From NCBI GenBank assembly GCA_951406725.2, contig OX597816.1, positions 170,438,001-170,502,000 on the forward strand: a stretch of DNA of 64,000 bases. Direction: 5' to 3'. The translations under genes and the position numbers were made by a program. The notes beneath the pieces were generated by a model. It did no database searches. It was not told the origin of the DNA and saw only the letters and a list, made by a program, of their open reading frames with translations. The stretch's first letter is position 1, and every line of letters begins with the position of its first letter. The stretch is from Octopus vulgaris (taxonomy: Eukaryota). Shown here one piece after another: positions 55,480-64,000 of the stretch.

Positions 55480-55604
55480 CCCTGATGCAGTACCAGGCAG
55501 TGGCTCTCATGGTTTCTGATCTTAACTGATTGAAAGTGTTATCATGTACATTGTTCTGTCTTGGTATAAAAGATGGGCTACAGCAAATATTCTGCTCAAT
55601 ACCA
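55477..55604 (+). mobile_element. Element D, first 128 bp only
   Basis: Reverse complement of about 20266-20393. Confidence 0.9.
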
Positions 55605-56171
55605 GCCAATGTACGCCACTAGCCCAGAAGGAATATAAGTGACGCCACAACAATATAGCCAGGCTTGTTCATTTGACACTTTGCAACAAGTATGGTACGA
55701 CCACAAACCTGAAGGCATCGTCGAAAATAGAAATACAAAGATCGTAAGGGAGTTTATGATTCAGTGCGACCATGAGATAGAGAATAGGAAGCCAGACATA
55801 GTCTTAATTGAGAAAGAAAACAAACTATACCGGGTCTTAGATATTGTATGCCCACCTGACAACAAGGTATGCGAGAAGAAAGACAGATATGACAAGTCAG
55901 CTTGGAAAGTTAAGCAGTTGTGGTTGATGAAAAAGATAGCAGTAATACCAATAAATGTCCGAGCCCTGAGAACAGTGAGCAAAAATCTCGTGAAATACGT
56001 GGAACAAATAGGGGCTGCAATGAGAGTGGAGCTCATGCAGAAAACAGCACTGCTTGGAATCGGCCGAATACTCCGGAAGGCGGTCGAGAAATAAGCGGTG
56101 TTACCTTAGTTCACTGGTAGTGAACATCTGACACCGTAGTACATCTCCAGTGTTAGAAGCTGTGCAAAGGC
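55605..56171 (+). mobile_element. RLE LINE 3' fragment
   Basis: LAQKEYK*RHNNIAR, IENRKPDIVLIEK..LDIVCP, MQKTALLGIGRILRK. (AAT)n tail from 56172. Confidence 0.88.
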
Positions 56172-56227
<56 letters not shown>

Positions 56228-57460
56228 TAATAATAATAATAATAACAATAATATATTAAGTATGATTGAGGAAACTGTAGTAGGACTCTCTATCTGTAAC
56301 TATAATAGTAATTAACAGGTGATTTAATTGTAATCAATTAATTTGGTGATTTGTACTTACACCTTCTCATAGGACTACTAGGCTAAATGTATTTAAGAAT
56401 ATTTGGACAATTACTGTTTGTCTAGGAGGACCACCGCTTGGGTACTGTGCTTGTTATTTCAGAAGATAGACTTAGTATTATAATTCTCTAATTGAAGGTC
56501 AATGCCCTAGTAATTACCTGCCCTTAATAGTTGTCTCCCCATAACCATAGTTCCTTCCTTCGCATGGTGCTTGTTTACATGTCTGGCTGTTTCATTTACA
56601 ATGTCCTAAGCGGCCTTGGGCCACTTATAACATATGTTACTTCTCCATACTTTCACTTTTTATTTACTTTTTTATTTACATCTACCCGTATAACGGTCTT
56701 AATAGCTTACCCTTTGTTTTTAGATTTAACTGACCAATTATATTGAAAGCTGGACTTTGGTCAACGCCATTACGGACAATAGGTGGTTGGTCTTTACAGT
56801 ATACCAGTAAATAAATATAATTAAGTGATGGGCATTTTATTTGGACAAATGTTAATTAGTACTTTTAACACAATCTTAAGGAGAATTTTGATTACTTCTA
56901 AACGTTATGACACTATCACGCCACCCTCTTCTTCTGGACCTATTGGCGTATCCGTTATGGTAAAGTACTTATTTTATTGATTTTATTATTTATGTACCAT
57001 GTTACGCCCGAAGAAAGATTCACGCACCAATAAATATTTCTCCACGGCCTGAAGCGCTACACTGCAAAATGGCATGATTCAAATAAATTAAGCCTTCATT
57101 ACTCTTCTCGATGCTCTTCTTTCTTTTCTTTTACTTTATGTATTTTTCTTCACTGATGAAACTCCGTGTTCCAGATCGGATGTGTTACAAAATATGATGA
57201 AAATTATTCTCAGAATTTTCTTTGGCAACACTGTAGGACAATGGAAGCAGAAACGGCTGTTAGATAGGATAAAGTTTTGTATTAAAAAATAATAATCGAT
57301 GGTAGTGAATTGTTGTTGATCAAAAGCCACTTCGTTTTGCTTCTTACCTCACTACACTCTAAGGTTGCTGGGCCACATCTAAGTTATGATTCCTAGATAT
57401 GCTTCTGCCGTTATGTTTTGGGAACTATATGCCCATTTGCATTGTATTCCTATTCCCAAA

Positions 57461-57848
57461 TCTTTATATATAAAAGCGAGGGTGTGTGCTGTCTGTCTCC
57501 TACGATTTAGATTTCTAACTACTCCCACATTTTGCGGTGCAGTTTAACCAAAACCGGGTATCTTATAGTCGTGATTCATATCAAGCCCTTCTGGGTATTA
57601 GCGCGCGTCTACGATGAGTTTACGATTTTAAAAAAATTTACCATCAATTTTTCCCATTTTTAATGCATTTTTGGCATATATAAAGGAAGTAACTCTCTAA
57701 AAATTTATTATTAAATCTCAGAACGTAAAAAGCTACAGTAACACCCCCCCCCTTTGTGGTTAGCCATATTGAGATGGCTATTATACTTTACATCTCTAAA
57801 AATGCTTATTTTCCTTACAAACCCGAGCAACGCGGGCGATACTGCTAG
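57461..57848 (+). mobile_element. Non-autonomous Helitron, copy 2
   Basis: A|TC...hairpin...CTAG|T. Closely similar to 14659-15054. Confidence 0.92.
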
Positions 57849-58142
57849 TAACTCATAATTTCCGAAGTGTTTAACTAGTAATAATTTGACTATATCAATG
57901 TTGTCTAATACAGTTTTGTTGTATCTCTTTTCTTTGTAAATGTGATACGATAAAAGAAGTCATTATGCCACAATATATTTCCCTTAGACGTCTGCATTTC
58001 TTATCTAAATGGAATCCGGATAAATGATATCAAGTGAGATTTCAGTTGAGTATAGTTTTTTCAATTTTCTTTGAACATTTTCTCACATATATTGATGCAT
58101 ATCAATCATACTTAGCGAAACCTACAGTCCAAGTATACACAG

Positions 58143-58325
58143 ATGTATGTATGTATGTATGTATGTATGTATGTATGTATGTATGTATGTATGTATGTAT
58201 GTATGTATGTATGTATGTATGTGTATGTATGTATGTATGTATGTATGTATGTATGTATGTATGTATGTATGTATGTATGTATGTATGTATGTATGTATGT
58301 ATGTATGTATGTATGTATGTATGCA
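58143..58325. repeat. (ATGT)n microsatellite
   Basis: Seen directly. Confidence 0.97.
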
Positions 58326-60676
58326 AGTATGTATACAAGTACGTATGTACACATAGGCATACAAAGAGGAGGGAGATTGACACAGATAGAAATAGCTTCA
58401 TAGGTACTAAATATATAATAGGTATCCCTACTAAAGTATTTGTATTTCTAATGGAACCAAAGTAAACAACCATGTGTTTTTGACCAGGATGAGTACATCT
58501 TCATGAATAAGAAAGTACGATGAAAATCAAACAAGTTGATTCTCGTCGCAGGCCTTGAAAGCTGCTCTTGTGGAATTTATTTGACAGCAACATAAAATAC
58601 TCATAGATATAGCTCTGTCTTGTTAGAATGTGTAAATGTTAAAGTTAAGGAAGAGGAGTTCCGAATTTATGAACTCTCCAAGCGGATTAAACGCATGTCT
58701 CGAGATACCCAAATGGTTAAAAAATGTCAGCAGAAGGACACCCAGATGCTGTGACTTGGATGCAGCCCGGCCCCCTGAGAGTGTAAGAATTTAAGAAGCG
58801 AAAAACTTACCTGGGGGTTCTTCTGTAAAGACCTGCCGTTGAGCTCACTTGAGAGTTTCTTAGGATAGATACATGCATATCTTACGGGAATTTGTCTCAT
58901 TAAACATATTTCTCTTTTTGTTGTTTCATTCATTGAACTGCAGTCAAGCAGGCATTCCTCGTAATTAATAATCAGTTTATTTTTCAATTATTTGTTTAAT
59001 AAATCATTCAAATGACTCGATTTGTTTTAAAATGAAGATACTGATTGTCTGTTAATCTTAAAATGCTTCAAATGTTTTGCATTTTCTTTTTCAATTTAAA
59101 TTCCTGGAACCAACAATATCTTTGACCTTTGTGTTAATATCAAGCTAACAAATTCTTCATGACGTTAGTTATTAATGTCGTCGAAACTGATAAGACGGCA
59201 GCTTAAACCAGCGTTTAATAATTGGCATAAAGTTAGCCGTACCGTTAAGAATTAAATGTTTATAACTCTGCTTAAGTACTGTCGATCGTTTCATGAAGAT
59301 TTGGCCTTTATGTCTAGCAGATCGATCGACCACGAAAAGAATCGTTTATACCTCGTGAGAAACATTTAGTTTTCATGACGTTTTATGTTATTTTATTCTA
59401 CAAGCATTTCTAATTGTACATCAGAATAAACATATTAGGCAATTGGTTATGTAAGCAAATTCATAGAGTATCAACAAATGTGTTGAAAATGAAGAAATGT
59501 TAACTCATTCTATATGAATGTTGGTTTATACGCTTGGAGATAATTAGAATGTTTTCTAGACCATATATCTTCTTGGGCTTTGTATTAAGTTGACCACTAT
59601 CAACTATGTATTGGAGGTCGATGATTTTTTATTAACCATAAAAGGTCTTACATAGAAGGGACACTACAACACATTGGGGACACAAACCATCAAACAAATT
59701 AACGTTTGATAAAATGAGAGAAAGGGTGAAAATGAGAGATGAAATTGATGCTAACGGCCCCATCCGCTAGCATCACTTACCTGTACTTCCTTCTTAAACC
59801 GGAATGAAATGTATATAGTCCTCCAGTTTAGAATTAAATTTCCTTTCCATTTCAGACAATCTTTCCTCTTCAATTTTATATCTAACCAGTAAAAATATAC
59901 AATATACATTTCATTACGAATGAAGAGAGGAAAACCCTCCCTTCAAATTTTTTGGCAACTTCTGCAACCACAAAATACGAACAGAGATCCAAACAATATT
60001 TTTTTAAAAAGATTTCTTGTCTTAATTGTCACGTAAAATATATGAAACAATTGATACTGAGCTATCGAAATTTGACCTATTAATATTTTAACGACTACAT
60101 ACAAATGTTCCCTGTAATGTCTAAAGTTTGATATCTTCTTAGACAGCTCATTAGGTGGTTAAATGATTTGTGTGCTTTATAACAATTACTTATTAATGAA
60201 TTTATTGACGATATCATCCATCACAAAGATAAAATGCAATTATCTATGTTTCTTTGTTATATGATACTGTTAGCCTGCTTTAGTCTAGAGCTCTGCATCC
60301 TGAATACAATTCACTTTTTGACTGCAAAACAATATATTCAATATTTGCAGCAATAAAGATGTACTGCTACTTTAAAAAATTTATTGTCTTTTCGTCATTT
60401 TTTTAATGTTTAGAGACGTGATTATCTGAAATATGCGTAACTATTTTCTCTAGGCTATATTGTGCTTACAACAGATTATATGCCCTATGTAAACTCATTC
60501 TGCAGACCCTCAAACTTTATGTCGCTCATTAAACTGCCATATGGTAAAAGCGATTTTATAACTATGAAATACATAGAGGAGGTTTTGCAGTGCAGCTAAA
60601 ATTTGAGATAGGTTTATTCACTTACACTGTCTTCGTTGCTTCCTTCTAAACACTTAGTTTCTTGATACTATATATT

Positions 60677-61815
60677 ATTCTTCCTTTCATCGACAATAAA
60701 AGCAATTATCTGTGAATTCCTGTAGGACATTTAATCGTCTAAACCTGTCCTCTAACATTTCAGTTATTTCACTTTTGTTTGGAGCAATTCTCTCCTTCTA
60801 GAGTCGTAAACTTTACCGGGCTTCAAAAACAGGTTAGTCGTATGCAAATGGTGTTAAACTCGGTGGTCTTTAGTAGACAGCAAAAGAAAAAAAAAAAGAA
60901 AACAATGAACAGGAGGAATGTTCAGAGGATTGCCTTTTAGGATGACAAGGCAGAATGTAGTAGCTATTGTTGGGCTTTAAGTTATGACAATGTCGAGATT
61001 ATGAGAGGTGGAGAGACGTGTGCCGATGGGCAGGGAAGGTTGGGTTGAGATGATATTCGAGTACCTTACATTGAGAAGCAATACAAAACGTACAGTGAAC
61101 AGACAGCTAATTTGTAAACTAGATGTTGAAGCCCTATTCGTGAGTCAGCACTTGCCAATCATTGGGTTAAATTTCTTTTGGATATGATTTAGAATATTCA
61201 TCCGTGTACAGATGATGTTAAGACTCAGTACTGCTCTCGATAGCAGACGTGTTGGTGTTGGACTATATACTTCGTCTTTTCCTTTGGTTCCGTAGTTGGT
61301 ATTAATTTGACTATCATCAGCTAAGATCTAGATGTTGAGTTAATCGTCTAAAAGTCAAGAGATGAATACCCTTCCAATTCGCTCTGGCGACTCCTGCAAT
61401 GACAATACAGTAACGGACGTCCAGCACAATATCCGAATTTCAAATTAGTTACTTAATATCTTTACAAAATAGATGAAGGAAATAATTGCCATCAATCAAC
61501 TTTTATATTTACACTCAACACAGCCGGCCTAGATCTTAAAGAAATAGATAACAACAATTTTCTTATGTTTTGTATTATGGATCTAACATTGCTTTCCGCC
61601 ACATAATTTCACTTCGCTGAAGAGGCACGTTATGCCAAAGTATATTCTGATACTTTAAATTCTGCGTTCAAATCCCACTGATGCGAACTGTGCCATTCTT
61701 CCTTTCATCGTCAATAAAAGCAATTCTCTGTTAATTCCTGGAGTACATTTAAGCATCCAAACCTTTCCCTTAACATTTAAGTTATTTCACTTTTGTTTGG
61801 AACAATTCTCTCCTT
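60677..61815 (+). repeat. 121-bp direct repeat pair (60677-60797 / 61695-61815), degenerate SINE A-like
   Basis: Gapless alignment at offset 1018. Confidence 0.8.
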
Positions 61816-63600
61816 ATATGCCCTGATCTGAGTCCTCATCTAGATAAGATCGATTTCGCCTTCCATCATTCAGATATTGATTAAATATAATACCAATCAT
61901 GGAGGTCGAAGTAAGCCTCAATTTAATGTTAGCTGGTATTTTTATATTTCTGTGAGCTCACATGTTTGATAAAGAAAAGTTATCAGAAAAACCACCCAAC
62001 ACCGTCCTCAATTTACAAGGTTAGGAAGGGAGTGTTTCTCTGTATGGTATCTATAGAAAGGCAGTAAATGTTAGGGCTCGTGACCCTAATGTCAGGGTGA
62101 TTTTGGATCGATCGGTTGCCGTGCCTGGCCCAAAATGCAGGTTCACCTGTACGAGGAAGACTACGTTGCCCATGTAGTCATATAATTTGAATAATTGTAT
62201 CGCGTATCTCCACTTTCCAGCCCCTTTTTACCTCACGAATTTTATGCAACTCATCACCCAAATTATAAACCGTCCTTCCCATGACTTTTCATTAAAAGTC
62301 TCAGCGGCAAGTATAAGAAATCCTTATCGTTATCATCGTGGTCGTTATTGGCGGTGCTATGCTTTGTATTAAGGGCGTATGCTTGTGTACCTTTTTTGTT
62401 CATTCTTAAACCTGGATGCATTTGCATCGTTAACATCTTTTAAAGTATCTAAGGGCCAGTTTGCTCTTTTGCTTCTTTCACCAACAGCCAACTGGAGTAA
62501 GAAGTTTTTGAAACGATAATAGAACAATCTACCCCAACGACTCTCAGAGGTGAGCAGTTCTACCTTTCATGAACAAAGATTTCTCTCTCCACAGCGTACG
62601 AAGTCTATAATAGTATACCATCCTTACTATGTTTTATTCTCCACAAATGGAGTACCAGTCAAAGAAATCGAGGAATTTAGTACAATAAAAATTCAACCAT
62701 AGTTATTCTAACAAACTAATAAAATCAAACAGTCGAGCAACATAAGAAGGAAGACAACACGGTAATGCCTCTGGTATTACGTTTCTTAGAAACACTATTA
62801 AAATATAGTTGGTGATTTTCATACGAATCAATGCATCCAAACCTCCTAAAAGAAATCACAATATATATTACACCAAATCATAAAGTAACACAAATAATAT
62901 ACTACAAAAAAATAGCATTCGAGCCGGCTCATCATTAAAGAATGACATACACGTAAACCAGTAGTCAAACCACAAATGTCCAATATGATTTATAAATTTG
63001 ACGTAAATGTGAAAGCTGTAAACTGTAAAACCACAGATGTTATATTGACCAGCAAGCACGATACATACAATTACTACATAGAGCAATATGTATTTGAAAT
63101 AAATTCGAAGTATGGATATTCATTACGTTGGGGAATAGAAAAGAGAATTATAACTCCAACATGAAATTGTTGATAGTCATTCAAACATAGACATTTGCAA
63201 TTATGTGTTTCATTTCGTGATATTACTATATGCAAGAGATTTTCATCGTTTTTCAAGAGGTCTGGTCACTGACCCAATTCTGGAATTCATTGGAATTGTA
63301 TAATTTCACATGCACATCTTTGATATCTTTTGAGGCTTAACGGAATACGATATTACCACCAAATAAAAACGTGTGTTACAAATGCATTTTACAACTCTTC
63401 CGTCATTTCCAACACAGAATAACACAAACCAAAGACCCATTTTTAATATTTATAAACGATATAGCATAATGCAACATAAGTTTTCATCAATATATATACT
63501 CACAAGTTTTTGAAGGTGCATTTTTGTATGCATGTGTGTGTATATATGTATGTATGCAAGTACTTATGTATGTATGCATGCATGCATATATGTATGTATG

Positions 63601-63632
<32 letters not shown>

Positions 63633-63714
63633 TGTATGTATGTATGTATGTATGTATGTATGTATGTATGCATGCATGTATGTATGTATGTGTATATATA
63701 TATATATATATATA

Positions 63715-63981
63715 GTGGAGGCGCAATGGCCCAACGGTTAGGGTAGCAGACTCGCGATTGTAGGATCGCGATTTCGATTCCCAGACCGAGCGTTGTAAGT
63801 GTTTATTGAGCGAAAACACCTAAAACTCCACGAGGCTCCGGCGGAGGGTGGTGGCCACAACTTTCTCTCGCTCTTTCTTCTGTTGGCCTGCTCGCTTAGC
63901 CAGCGGGGTGGCGTCATTTGAAGGCTAAAACAATGCGAAGCGCATTGTGACCAGCGATGTGTAGCAACATCTGATAGCCTG
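63715..63981 (+). mobile_element. SINE family C, tail type 1
   Basis: Head and tail match 32219-32508. Confidence 0.9.
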
Positions 63982-64000
63982 TATATATACAACACACATA

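Noticed and set aside
61617-61645. CTGAAGA-GGCA-cgtta-TGCC hammerhead-like motif
   Set aside because: No GAAA box or stem III, and it overlaps a decayed SINE A head.
62069-62435. TGTTA...TAACA possible solo LTR
   Set aside because: The flanks (TAAA, TCTT) do not form a TSD.
62560-63160. IIVYHP / IVGDF APE-endonuclease-like traces
   Set aside because: Too short and degenerate to call without a profile search.

Overview
AT-rich, repeat-saturated eukaryotic DNA. The SINE families and microsatellite spectrum point to an octopod cephalopod (inference). I found no intact host gene or autonomous transposon. The window is a mosaic of three tRNA-derived SINE families, decayed R4/Dong-type LINEs with a restriction-like endonuclease (RLE) in (TAA)n tracts, and fragments of RTE, CR1, L1/Tx1 and Penelope-like elements (PLEs). 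It also holds Tc1 and mariner relics, Helitron/Helentron derivatives, a Gypsy integrase fragment, a solo LTR with a perfect 4-bp target-site duplication (TSD), and many microsatellites. Main points of interest: (1) a ~556-bp non-coding, non-tRNA element (called D here) found four times, always in (TAA)n, in the same polarity as the R4/Dong LINEs and once fused to one; (2) two well-formed type I hammerhead ribozyme folds plus decayed ones; (3) a 137-bp, ~97% identical inverted duplication; (4) a non-repeat candidate first coding exon at 33.1-33.4 kb. Most listed ORFs are microsatellite or antisense artefacts. All alignments and folds were done by eye.
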